In this document: piece after piece, positions 12,840 to 25,800 of the stretch | Layout of the letters: each line of letters begins with the position of its first letter | Numbering within the stretch: position 1 is the first letter of the stretch | Assembly (NCBI GenBank): GCA_035084275.1 | Contig: CM068745.1 | Coordinates: 61,380,001-61,444,000, forward strand | Origin: Hydrolagus colliei | Taxonomy: Eukaryota | Direction: 5' to 3' | Length of the DNA: 64,000 nucleotides | Made by a program: the position numbers and the translations under genes | Notes under the pieces: generated by a model | Databases searched by the model: none | The model's input: the letters and a program-made list of their open reading frames with translations, nothing else | Told to the model about the DNA's origin: nothing

Positions 12840-13593
12840 GGAAGGGAGACGGCTGGGGGGAGGGGCGGGAGAGACGGCTGGGGGGGAGGAAAGGGGGAGA
12901 GAGACGGCTGGGGGGAGGGGGAGAGAGACGGCTGGGGAGGGAGAGAGACGGCTGGGGGGGGAGGAGAGGGGGGGAGAGACGGCTGGGGGGAGGGGGAGAG
13001 AGACGGCTGGGGGGGGGAGAGAGACGGCTGGGGGGGAGGAAATGGGGAGAGAGACAGCTGGGGGGAGGGGGAGAGAGACGGCTGGGGAGGGAGAGAGATG
13101 GCTGGGGGGGGAGTCGAGAGGGAGAGAGACGGCTGGGGGGAGGGGGAGAGAAATGGCTCGGGGGAGGGGGAGAGAGATGGCGGGGGGGGGTAGTGGGGGA
13201 GAGAGATGACGGGGCTGGGGGGTGCGAGAGAGGGACGGTGGGGGGGGTGGGGGAGAGACGGGGTGGATGTGACAATATACAGATAGATAGAGATGGGGGG
13301 GAATGTGAGAGAGGAGAGAGGGAGAGAGACACAGAGACACACAGACAGAAAAACACAGAGATGGAGAGAGTGAGAGACACAGAGAGAGAAAGATATTTAC
13401 CTCCTGAGGAGATAGGCCCGGAATGCGCGCGCACCTGGAATGCGCGCGCACTCCGAACGCGCGCGCACTCTGATTGCGCACGCCGTGCGCGCATGCACAG
13501 TACGAAAAACCCGAAAACATCGATATTTCGGTATATCTCGATATGAGCCCATCGATATATTTAATCGGAAAATTTCCATATCGACGGATCCTA
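12840..13593 (+). mobile_element. One-ended hAT MITE (copy A2)
   Basis: Ends GGAAAATTTCCATATCGACGGATCCTA, the reverse complement of the A1 8154 end; same G-rich minisatellite and CCTCCTGAGGAGATAGGCCC segment; other terminus absent. Confidence 0.85.
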
Positions 13594-13795
13594 GTTTGCA
13601 GATTGCATGAGAAGTTACCTGGGGTATGGGAAGAGCACATGGATAGTGATTGAGTCCCAGTACAATTATATAAGCAATTTTCAGCTCTGGTAATCTATGT
13701 TATAAAGGAGATGCATTGTGATGCTACTGGAATCAGAAAGAAGCCCAAGAGCAAATTTGCCTTTATTCAGGCACAACCTTGGCATCCTCATCGTG

Positions 13796-14134
13796 GAGCT
13801 CCTGTGGCTCAGTGGTTAGAGCACTTGTCTTGCAAGCTGGGGAGACCAAGCTGGGGAGACCTGTGTTCGAATCCAGGCAGGTCAGGGCGAAACCTTGGGC
13901 AAGTTTCCTTACTCCACATGCCTAATAATAATCCCTCCAAAAAAACACAATAATAAAATTGGTCATTTCAATCCACGACTGTGTGTGGGACACTGCTGTG
14001 CGCAATTGGCTGCCACGATTCGCCCACAAATATATACAGTCAATTCACTTTACAGTATATTCTGTGAAGCGCTTTGGGATGTTGATAAGATGTGGAAAGC
14101 ACTATATCAAATGCAAGGATTATATTATTATTAT
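13796..14134 (+). mobile_element. Full-length tRNA-derived SINE (Deu-like body, L2-type tail)
   Basis: A box TGGCTCAGTGG, B box GTTCGAATCC, body GGGACACTGCTGTGCGCAATTGGCTGCC, tail CAAATGCAAGGATTAT(ATT)n. Confidence 0.8.
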
Positions 14135-14142
14135 CTCCACCT

Positions 14143-14608
14143 ATCATAGAATCATAGAATTTTACAGCACAAAAGGAGGCCATTTGGCCCTTCTAGTCTG
14201 TGCCGGCTCTTTGAAAAGAGCAACTCAATCCCACTGCCCAGCTCTCTCCCCATAATCTAACAGACCTATTCTCCCTAAATAAAGATCTAATTCTCTTTTA
14301 AAAGCTGTTATCGAATCGGCCTCCACCACCTTTTCAGGCAATGCATTCCAGATTCGAACAATCCACTGAGTGAAAATATTTCTCCTCAGCTCCCCTCTGC
14401 TTAGTTTTGAAACTATTTTAAATCTGTGACCACGAGTCACAGATTTGCCCACCAGTGGAAACAGTTTTTCCTTATTCACCCTGTCGAATCCCCTCATGAT
14501 TTTATAAACCTCTATTAGGTCTCCTCCCAACCTTCTCTATTCTAAAGAGAATAAACCTAGCCTATCTAGCCTTTCCCCATAACTGAAGTCCTTCAATCCA
14601 GATACCAT
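14143..14608 (-). mobile_element. CR1 LINE 3' end
   Basis: ORF 14225-14530 GDLIEVYKIMRGFDRV..RIWNALP..FKRELD is a CR1 ORF2 C-terminus; (ATTCTATG)n tail. Confidence 0.9.
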
Positions 14609-17358
14609 TCTATATACATATCTGTAAACCTATATACATATTTTCCAATGAAAATTTTAAGTCCTGGTTGAACGAAGGGCAAGCACTTTGAGACGTCAAT
14701 AAGATGTGGAAAGCGCTATATAAATGTAAGGATTATTATTATAAATGTAATGTGGGAATGTCACCACCTTCACTTCAGCTACACAATCTATCCATCAGGA
14801 TTTTTGGGGGGGAATCAGCTGGATGTCTGACAATTGTGAAAGCTCATCACCATGCTTAAGAGTATCCAGACCAAACTAAGAATTGGTGATACAAAAGTGG
14901 CATTATATTCCCAGCCCATTTTAACAAAGCATTATTGTCCTCACCTAGACTCTTAAATAGACTCAGGCTAATATTTGGCACATGGTGTTGACAGCAGAAT
15001 ATTTAACAGGCAAACGTATCAACGGAAATAGAATGAATGGGTTTCATTCTTTTATTTACTGAGACTGGGAAAACCCCAGCTGTGCTTTATGATCTTTCGA
15101 ATTCTATTTCAGAAATTTGCGTCATTTCTGTTTTTGGTCACCCAGACCACTGAAACGCATGAGGCTCTAGATTACTGTACACCCACGTGTCTCATTGTCA
15201 ATTCACTAAATTCTAACATTCAGTCTGGTATCTAACGGCACTGATTAATCAGATCCCAATTTTTGTATTTCTTAGCATTAACATTCTTTATTTTGTTTGG
15301 CAATAATTAAAAGAAGTGTCTTTGAAAACCGCCCTTGCTCCCAAGATAGGAGGTGTAAACAATTGGAACAGCTTCTTAACTTTAAATTTCATTTTTTAAA
15401 GTTTATTTTTAACTTGGTGCCCAGCAAATCAGTGCCAAATTAGCACTCTCCATACTCCTAGTTAAACCTCTCCTGATCCCACTTACTACTGACCATTTGT
15501 TTATACATAGTAATTGGTTGTTTCCCCAGCCTCATTGAAAATTACTTGCAGCAATGTCTCCCACAGGAAGAAACAGCTGACGCAGTATTCTTTTGCAAGT
15601 TCATGCCTGTCAAAGTTCTGCTGGGAAATACAATTTAATTATTTATCCTTTCATTTGATATATTGGGGCAAATATGAAAAAGTTTTTAATACAATGTAGC
15701 TTTTTTCCTCTCCTTACAAGAGATAGGTGGAGAAAGTCAGTTAGAAATCCCATTTATCAGGTAGGAAAGTTTCAAATTTGTCCATCAGCTAAAGAAATTC
15801 CCTTGAATCATCACATGGAGGTTTGAAAAGAAAGCTTGCTTCCCTGGGGATTTCTAATGACTATCTCTCTTGAGTTTCTGGGGTGGTGCCTCCTCTCTGC
15901 TGAACGAATTTTCCAATAAAAACCGTATGGAATGAAGCAAGCAGTATTTTAATATGCTAAACTTAATGTGGATCAGTCAGAGGGACATTCCAGGAGGCAG
16001 CACTAATGAGAATGTTTAAAAGAATTGGCATCTTGAAAAGGAAGCTAGATTAATTGAATAACATTTCAATTCTTAAAGGGATAGTGTCAATGACTGAACA
16101 TTTTAGGGCAAGCTTTTCATTGTTGCACATGCAAGGAATTCCTTTGCTTCCAAAAAAAAGGCAATATTTTATTTGGAAAATAATATTTACAGTAAACTCA
16201 CCACACCCAAAAAAAACACATGGCCTAAAATTGACCCTGCAGAAATCATTGAACCAGTTGTATTGAGGCTTCCATTGCAAACTGTTCTTAGGACTGAAAG
16301 GCAGTCCCTTTAAATAACTGAATTCTCCCAATGCATTAAAAAATTTTGTCCGAGTTAAAATGTTTCTAAAGGGGCTTATATTCCACTCAAAATATTTTAT
16401 TTTAAAAATAACAATAATTTTGTCACTTAATACACGATTGTTTCTGGGACACTGCTGTGCACAAGATACAGCCCACAAAATATACAGTCAGTTCACTTTA
16501 CAGTATATTCTGTGAAGCGCTTTGAGACATCAAGAAGACGTAATAAGGCGCTATATAAAATGCAAGGATTATTATTATTAAAGTGGAGGTGAGATGGAGA
16601 GGCCGAGGAAACGGATGAGGAGGTCAGAGCCACAAATGAGGAGATGGTGGCAGGATCCAAGGCCGCTATATTCTCCCAGTTCCATAATTGCAGGAAATTC
16701 CCAGGCATTGATGTCTGACAGGGAAGTGCACAGAACATCAGTGGAACTGGAAGAGTGGAAGTGGAAAACCAAATTTATGTGTCAGCGGCAAACATGTGGA
16801 AGTTAACCCCATGTCTGAAGATGATGTTGCCAAAAGGGAACTAGATTCCTGCAGTACTTCTGTAACTTGGAAATGAAAGTTGCTTTCTGGCATTATCATT
16901 ACATGTTAAAATCTTCAACTTGTTTGAAACTTTAAAACCTTCTGTTTTCAGCAAATGTGAATTTAATAAATGTTTTGTCTTCTATAACCAGTTTCATTAA
17001 ACAGAAGTAAACTTTTGTGACTTGAATACCAGCGACATGGAATATAATAATCTTTACCTTTGATATAGCACTTCTCACGTCTTCTAGATGTCTCAAAGCG
17101 CTTCACAGAATATACTGGAAAGTGAATTGACTCTATATTTGTCCGTCCAACGTGAAAAGAGTGTAAATTTGTACTGCATCTCCTGTGTCTTAGGCAACTC
17201 AGCAAACATTGTTTGCCCATGATAAATGTTCCGTTAGGCTACTGTAATTGGTGTTGTTAAACCACAGATGTGAGAGATCTTGTGAGAGATTATTGACAGA
17301 CCAATGCAAGGGAGCAGGTGTTTGACATATGATAAAACATTTTTTTAAACTACTGTAT

Positions 17359-18070
17359 TGTTCCAGACCACAGCCCAACTGTTAAGTCTTTTAAGGTTCT
17401 AAGGCTCATAATCAGTAATGAACAGCACAGATTAAAAGTTAAATGACAGGTTTATTGCATTAGCAAAATAAAAGGACACAGACGGAAATACAACAAAATA
17501 AACAAACTTATACATTCTTAAGATTAGTAATAATTTCTGAGCAGGTGTACCGCTCCCACCCCGCAGTGTATGGATGTGTCGGTGTGTGAGTATACTACCG
17601 GGTCCTGGGTGTCTGTCACAAAGCACCACCTCAAGGTCCAGTTTCCCTCTGCTGATAGGTCTCCTTACTCTCTACTCTACCCCGTTTGCTTTTTCTTTGA
17701 CTTCTGTACGTCTCTCTCTTTCACTCACTCTCTCTCTCTATCTCAAGTCAGGCTGTGACTTGGGTTCGTTGATGGATTGATGGTCTGCTTGACGGTCAAT
17801 ATAGGTTTCTCTCTCTCTCTCTCTCTCACTTTTGCCGCTTAAACCTTTAATTCTATTCTCCAGGCTATCGCACAACAGCTGGACTCTCAGTAGCACAAGT
17901 CTTTGATATTCTGGCTTTTGGTGTCGGCTAATCACACGGCTCCCAAACAACCAGACCTATCCTCTTCTGACCGTTGGCTCGCTGATCCACTGTGTACTGT
18001 CCTCCTGCTAGCCAGAACTCTAACTCTTCTGCTGGTTCTCTTTCGTTCTTTCATTATTCCTCCCTCCACA
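17359..18070 (-). mobile_element. LTR-like element
   Basis: TG..CA ends and a minus-strand AATAAA near the 3' end (~17441-17446); TSD not found. Confidence 0.35.
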
Positions 18071-18659
18071 GGTTGCAGATAACTTATATAGTGACTTTCA
18101 CGTAGGAGAATGACTCAAAGCACATTACAAAAATGAAGTGATGAAAATTAAGGGATGGGGAGGAGGTGGCCAAAGGTAAAGTCAAGCAAATCAGTTTTTA
18201 GATGCGCTTTAAAAGTATAGTAGGGGGCAAGGTTAATGCATTTCATAAGAAAGTTCCAGCAGATTGAGGCAAAGTGAATGGAAACTTGTCTGCTAAGAGT
18301 GGAGTATTACTGTTGAGGGGCATGAAGCAGGCCACAGTTAGTGGAGGGAGTGGTCAGGGCAATTGGGTCACTGGAGATCTCATAGGTAGAATGGGCCAAT
18401 GCCAAAGATGCATTTAAAGGAAAGGGCAAATAATGTTCAAGTTGGTTCATAAAAAGATAGGAAGCATGTACAGCCAGTCAAAGGTAGGTGTGAGGACCAC
18501 ACCAAGCTTAATGTGGAAGAGAATATGTGTTGTGGAGATCTGGAGCTGGGAGATCAACAAGCTAAGTGTTGAAAAAGACAATAGTGGAAGATACCAAAGG
18601 TTTGGATGAGGGATTTTGCTGCATTATAGAGATGAGGAAATGTCAAACTTGGGTGCTGT

Positions 18660-19940
18660 TGGGAAATGATTAGGCAGAGTCAACACAGCTGTACGAAAGG
18701 GAAATCATGTTTAACTAATCTTTTAAGAGTTTTTTGAAGATGTAACTAGCAGGTTAGATAGGGGCCGAACCAGTAGATGTAGGTATTTGGACTTTCAGAA
18801 GGCATTCAACCAGGTGCCACATAAAAGGTAGTTACATAAGATTAGGGCCCATCGAATTAAAGGTAGATATATTAGCATGGATCGAAGACTGGCTATCAGG
18901 AAAAAAAAGAGTATGGATAAACGGGTCCTTCTCAGATTGGCAGGATGTGACTAGTGAGGAGTGCCAAAAGGACTAGTGCTTGGGTCTCAACTATTTACAG
19001 TTTATGTCAATGGAATTGGGTATAGGGAGTACCATTTCCAAGTTTGCAGGTGATACAAAGTTAGGAACAATAGTAAAGAGTGAGGAGAATAGTAGCCATC
19101 TGCAAGAAGATATAAACAGAATGGTAAAATGGGCAGACACATGGCAGATGAAATTTAATGTGGAGAAATGTGAGGTGATATATTTTGGGAGGACAAATGA
19201 GGGGAGGCAATATAAGCTAGATAGTACAATTTTAAGGGGGTGAAGGAACAGAGACCTGGGGATTTGTGCAAGTGATTCTTTGAAGGTGGAGGACAGGTAG
19301 ACAAGGCTGTTAAAAAAGCATATGGGATACTAGGCTTTATAAATAGGGGCATAGAGTACAAAAGTCAGGAAGTTCTGACTAACCTCTATAAAACTTTGGT
19401 TATGCCTCAGCTAGAGTACTGTTCAATTCTGGTCACCAAACTCTAGGAAGGATGTTAAGGCATTGGAAAGGGTGCAGAGGAGATTTACCAGGATGATACC
19501 AGGAATGAGAGACTTCAATTATGAGGAAAAGCTAGAGAGGCTAGGTTTATTCTTGTTGGAGCAGACGTTACGAGGAGACCTAATAGAGGTTTTCAAGATC
19601 ATGAAGGGATTCAATACTGTAAACAGGAAAAAAATGGGTCAGTGACTCGAGGTAACAGATTTAAAATAGTTTCTAAAACAAGCAGAGGGGAGATGAGGAG
19701 AATTTTTTTCACTCAAAGAGTTGTTCGATTCTGGAAAGTATTGCCTGAAAATGTGTTGGTGGCTGATTCGATAACAACTTTTAAAAGAGAGGTAGACGTT
19801 TATATGGGGAGGACAGGTTTGCGCGGTTATGGGGAGAGAGCTGGGGAGTGGGATTGAATTGATCTTTTCAAAGAGCCGGCACAGACTCGATGGGCCGAAT
19901 GACATCCTTTTGTGCCGTAAGATTCTATGATTCTATGATT
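18660..19940 (+). mobile_element. CR1 LINE, frameshifted RT plus 3' end
   Basis: ORF pieces ISKFAGDTKLG..KWADTWQMKFNVEKC, ERVQRRFTRMIPG, FFTQRVVRFW; (ATTCTATG)n tail. Confidence 0.9.
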
Positions 19941-20590
19941 TAGATGAGGAAATAGAGCTTAACATATCTAACTTTGCAGATGATACAAGGCTAGGTGGGA
20001 GGGTAAACTGTGACGATGACACCAGAAGAATTCAAAGGGAGATAGACATGTTAGGTGACTGGGCATGAAGGTGGCAGATGGAGTATAATGTGGGAAAGTG
20101 TGAAGTTATTCACTTGGGTAGTAAAAATAGAAAAGCAGATTATTTTCTAGAGGGGGAGAGAGGTTGTGTTAGTGTTCAGAAGGATTTGGGTGTCCTTGTA
20201 CACCAGTCATAAAAGTTACTATAATAATAATTGTTGCATTTGATATAGCGCTTTTTACATCTTCTAGATGTCTCAACGCGCTTCACAGAATATACTGTGA
20301 AGTGAATTGACTGTATATTTGTGGATGAAATGTGGCAGCCAATTGCGCACAGCAGCGTCCCCACAAACAGTCGTGGATTGAAATGACCAAATTATTTTTT
20401 GAGGGATTATTATCAGGCGTGTATGTGTGTGTGTGCAGGTACAGCAAGTAAAGGATAGACGGATTAAAGGATATGGGAATAGGGTGGGTAAATAGAAGAA
20501 TTAGATTAGAAGATCACGGTCTTATTAAATGGCAGGGTGGGCTTGAGGGGTTGAATGGCCTACTCCTGCTCATATTTCTTTGTTCATATG
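19941..20590 (+). mobile_element. Second CR1 fragment interrupted by an antisense SINE (~20220-20400)
   Basis: NFADDTRLGG..WQMEYNVGKCEV segment, then the SINE reverse complement, then a CR1 3' UTR (GGGTTGAATGGCCTACTCCTGCTC). Confidence 0.7.
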
Positions 20591-21249
20591 AAATGGCGGA
20601 AATCAGACTTGTTCAGAACACAGACAAAAGGTTTAAAGGAGAAATAATGGACAAATAAAATGGCAACTTTTCGAACAAGCTACGAGAGTTGGAGTAGCAA
20701 TGAGGAGATTTACACAGTCAACGCAGAGCTGAGAAAGTGCTAATAGGTGCCAAGTAGGATAGCCTCAATTTTATCCAAAAAGCAAAATACTGCAGAGGCA
20801 GAAAATCTGCTGGAAAACAGAAGTCGTTGGGAATACTCAGCTAGTCAGGCAGGATTTATGGAGAAAGGAAAGTGAGTCAACATTTTGGGTCCATAACCCT
20901 TCGTCTGAACTAGGGAACGTTGGGAGTGAGAGGCTTTTAAGGACTAAGAGGGAATGGGGAGGCAGGGCAAGGAAGACAAAAGAGAAAATGGGGTAGAGTA
21001 CAGGAAATTATCATCTCCTGTCCACTACCCCATTTTGTGACAAAAACATTTTACTTCAGTTTTCTAAAAGTATTACTCATATGAATTGGAATACCAACTT
21101 CTCCACTTCACCACAAATCAAAACTACCACAAAGTTCTTGACAAAAAGGTCAAGACAGTTCTTACATATTTTTAGGAACTATCAATGATTCAAAATTGTC
21201 ATCAGCTGTAAAATACGAAGCCGAAGTATCTATTAGTGTGTTTCTATAG

Positions 21250-21430
21250 TGAGCAGCTGTGCCACACAAGCTGGGAAGTTCCCGATTTAATCCTTAGTCT
21301 GTGTTGAAATAGCTGATTCACCCAGGGGGCATTAGGGTCACTACCATTTATCTCATCCAGAATCTGGGGTTAGGAAGGGAAAATCAGATTGTAGTCCCAG
21401 TCTTCATTCAGTGACCTATGCTATGTGAGG
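21250..21430 (+). mobile_element. LF-SINE-like ancient SINE
   Basis: Resembles the recalled LF-SINE consensus (..ATCC..GTCTGTG.TGA.TAGCTGA.., GGAAGGGAAAATCAG, CAGTGACC); not database-verified. Confidence 0.45.
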
Positions 21431-22837
21431 CTTTGTATGACCATGTTGAAGGCAGGATTACGCTCAGCTCCAATGTTCCTGATTGTCAAAAGGGGATACT
21501 AAGACAACAACAACAACCACAACAACAACAAAATTACATATATAGAGTGCCTTTCACGTCAGGCTCACGTATAAATTTATTTGGGGCCAATTATTGCCCA
21601 AGGATCCATCTGCCAAATGAACGGAAAATGAGTCATGAACCTAGAAGAGAAACATGGAAACGTACAGAGCGAACTATAACCGTGTGTATTCATAATAATA
21701 ATCTTTTGTATTTGTGTATTTGTGTGAAAGGTGCGTGACTGTCCCATGTAGAGGCTTGTAGAGAATAAAGGTTATTATTATCTGATTGCTATAATCATAA
21801 GCTTTTTCATTGTGTTTACTGTGGGGGAAAAAAGTCATTCATGCACTCATGCTTATCAAAAGTTAATATCAGGCATGCATGGACAGGGGAGTTGGTATGC
21901 ATATTCATGTGATTGACTTGTCATGTAAGTAAAGACTCCAAAAAGATTATGATTGATAGTAATTAGTTTAGAATGAAACCTTTTACTCTCTGCGTGGAGA
22001 GTCACATAAATTTCAGTTACTAAAGCCAGTTATTTACCATATTTCCATGAGTATACACAAATGCTAAATATTATTATTATTATAAGTACATTTTGGTTCA
22101 CACAATATGTTCCATAAACACTGGCACAGACTTCTTGAGTTGAATGGCCAGTTTCAGTATTTGATGGAGTTCTAAATTAGGAGATTTGTGAATTTATTTT
22201 TTTCAGCCAAGAGATAGCATCAATATTCCCAATATTTTGAACAACTAAAGCAGGAGACTTATAGATGAGTATATTAGTAAGGATGATGTAGGAATATGAG
22301 AGATGAAATAGTGCAAGATTTTTTTTTCCTTTGAGAGCAGCCAGGTGGATCATAATGGTCTTTTCCAGAACTGCACATTCCTACATTCCTAAGGCAGAAG
22401 TTTTGACAGTTTTCTACATTAACTTCTGCTTGTGCCAATGTCCACTTCTCTCATTTAGCTCGTGCCTCTTGACAGTTGATTTCTGGGTTAGCAAAACGTA
22501 TTTTGTCTGTTTCTATAGGAGCAGTTAATGGTAACCTTGTGTTTCTATCATGTGAACATTTCCGGTGAACGTTTCTACTACCAAATTTGTGAGAACTCCC
22601 ATCAATGCATGTGAACTGAGTTTGACTGTGGTTAGAACTTATGTGAATGACATCATATTCAATTTCACAATAAGAACAAACGAATGACTGAGTTTTATTT
22701 TCTGACAGGGGATTCACCAGTGTGTGGGTGTAGTGACTAGAAGTTCCCTACACTTATTGTGTTTCTAAACTGCGACCTGTATTGATCAAACGTTCTTACC
22801 TCTTGCTCTTTGTCTATGTTTCCCTCAAAATCACTAG

Positions 22838-22896
22838 GTGTTTGTGAAGAGTAACCCAGCAAGTCTCAAACCCAGTCATTTGAAAACCATGATTAG
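22838..22896 (+). CDS. CD86: CD86-like start-codon exon (5' UTR 22838-22888; ATG ATT AG)
   Basis: Pyrimidine tract and CTAG acceptor at 22836-37; ACCATG at 22886-22891; donor AG|GTAAGA. Confidence 0.65.
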
Positions 22897-25800
22897 GTAA
22901 GAATTTTTAAATCACTTTTCTGCTTTCATTTTAAGTATACGTAGCAAGTAAATGTATTTTGTACTTTGTTTGCTTTTGTGAATCTCAGTACAGTACTTTT
23001 ATTTTCTATTAACAATGATAAAACAGTATCTCTTTAATATTTTACAAACCTTTAGTCAAGTTTGAAAACATAAATTTTAAAAAATTATCGACTGTAGTGG
23101 ATGCCTCTCATTAGATCTCATTTATTGTTGTATCAGTTGTGCCATCCCAAGTATCTGTTACAGTACCAATGAATAATGTTAGATAGCAGGTGGCCACAAG
23201 TACCTTAGACAGTTTAAAAGATGGCCTCACTGGGCATGAAAACTTAAAACTCAGCTTGAAATTGTCCTCCAATACGATTATGCAGAATGGTAAAAGATTG
23301 TTAGTGGTGGTACCACAATATCAGAGATTCTCCCACCATGCCCAGCAAGTATAGGCTACAGCTGCTTTAAGATGAACATATGAGTTAAAAATGTATCTGA
23401 CATTTAAGGGTATTGAAGAGGAAGCTAGATAGGTACATGGGGGAGAAAGGAATAGAAGGTTATGCTTGTAGGCTTAGTTGAGGAAGGGCAGTAGGAGGCT
23501 CATGTGGAGTATAAATAGGCCAGGTGGGCCGAATGGCCTGTTTCTATGCTATGTATTCCAATGTGTTCTAATGTATAAAATCCAGAAATGCATTCAGAAA
23601 TTTCTTATCTTTTAACCTTTTTGTTTTGGCATATTTCAATCTTAGGTCTGAGAGTTTTGCACTGAATGCAGTCCAGTTCTTAATTATCTTTCAAATTCCT
23701 GGTAAGTGTGATTTCTGACTTTTTTTGTGGTTGCTATATTATATTAAACATTGTAGCATCCAGACTCTTGCAGCATGAACAATGCAAAAGAAAAACCTTC
23801 TTAGAGCACATCAAAATGTTATTATCAAATGTAGTGACTGTTTTAGTTGAGAATCTAACTGATTGTTGTTAAAGATCCCATGACACTGATCATCAAAGCT
23901 CGAGATTGATTGGTCAATAATATTTGCAGAAATCGTTTATACGCTTGCATACAAAAATGATGTGCTTGCATACAAAAATAACAGTTATGGTAAGCACTGT
24001 GAAATACTTTGAGACATTGAGAGATTATAAGGTACACAAATACAACGTTTTTCTAAATATTTACATATTTTACCAATAATTAATTGTTATAACTATCCTC
24101 CTCCGTTGGAGGGTGGGAAAGGTAAACAGAGTCTCCTTGGAGCTGAACTGGTGTCAAGGTGGCATGTTTGGCAACGGAATGTCGGATTTGAGTAAATTCT
24201 CTGCAGCGAGCAGTAATCCGGTCCCAGATCCAGGTTGATCTGTAGTATTCCAGGACACTGCAGATGACAGCACAACCAGCTTGGCTCATCAGTCTGAATT
24301 GGAGACAGGCCCTTCACTGGAGGATGCTTTCCACTTGGCCTCTGTTAAAACCCTGCAAACCAAAGCCATAACAATTAATGTGGTCCTGGCTGGATAAGCA
24401 GTAAGAAAACTTGCAGGTGTTGCTGTCAATGGCAAGCTATGCGGTTTTAGCATGTTAGAGGCCAGCAGTACCTCAAGACACAATCTGGGGTCCTGAAGTC
24501 TTGGCTCTTGCCAATACATCACAGAATTGGGAATGCAGGATCCATCCCTCCAGGGAGAGAATGTGCATTGCATTCTCATACAGGTAAACCTCTATTTACG
24601 ACAGGGTTGCGTTCCTGAAAAATTGTATGTATATTGAAATGTCCTAAATCGAAACACAATTTCCCGTGCAGTCCCATTATATAACCAGAGATGCGTTCTT
24701 TTCACAAAATTTTAGGACCTTAAACCCACTAAATAACACACAAAACCTCACAATATAACACACAAATTAACACACAAAGGCAAGAAGGGTAACTGTACAG
24801 TATTGTACTTTAATACTGGCAAACTTTATTACAGTACACTACTGGCAAACTTTAATACTGACAATGGCAGTGGCACTTGCAGCTTCCCCACTCATCTTGA
24901 TGTTGTGGAGCCCATAGCATCTTTTAAACCTTTGAAACCACCCTCTGCTAGCACTGAAAGATGGTGTCGTTGAGCCTTCTCCTTCCTGATCATTTAACTC
25001 GCTAAACAATGATTTTGCCTTCTCTTGGATAACCAGGGTATTGAATGGTATATTACGCTGGTTCTGATCCTCAATCCAGACACTTAGCATTCTTTCCATG
25101 TTTTCCATCATATCACTCCTATGTTTTGCTAATCTGCTTGCACATGTAGCTGTAACACACCTTGAACTTGCCAGTATATTGTCCTTATTCTGTTTAATAG
25201 TTGTCACTGTCAATCTAGCTAGCCCTAAAGCCCTCCCGACATCCGTGCCTTTTTCACCAGAATTTCACGGCTGAATGTGGGATGTGAAAATATGCTGCCT
25301 ACAGAATACAAACTCACTACACTTTGCAGTAAATACTGTTTGGAGGGTAGTTGATAACCTTTGGGAAGACAGCACTTTCGACAATACAGTGAAGTGCTCA
25401 CCCAGTACAACACTAGATTGTCAGCTTAGACTATGAGCTCAACCTAAACGTACTGTATTTCTTCCTGACCAAGAGACACTGTACTATCAACCAAGCCAAA
25501 CTAACCCAGATTTGCACAGGAGAATAGTCTGTCAATAACACCATGTTATCCTCTTCTGGACCATTTCATTGTCTACATGTTAATTATTAATTTATGCAAT
25601 TATCATGCTTCGGTTTTTGTTTTCTTTGGCTCTGTGTGAAATGGTCAATTAAACAGTTAACATTTAGAGATCTTTAGAAAGGGACTTACCCTCAGCAGAC
25701 AGTGTTCCTCTTTCCAATTCATCCTTCCTCTTTGTAAATAACACTCTCAACTATAGTCACAACCCACAGTATTGATTCTGCCTCCGTCCACCCCCAGACC

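Noticed and set aside
13796-13880. Apparent tRNA genes (also 5572, 26200, 27380-27448)
   Set aside because: A/B boxes are present, but there is no acceptor-stem pairing and each continues into a SINE body.
24839-25213. TIGD-like host gene nested in the intron
   Set aside because: Only the HTH fragment is present, truncated before the DDE domain and next to a transposon terminus.
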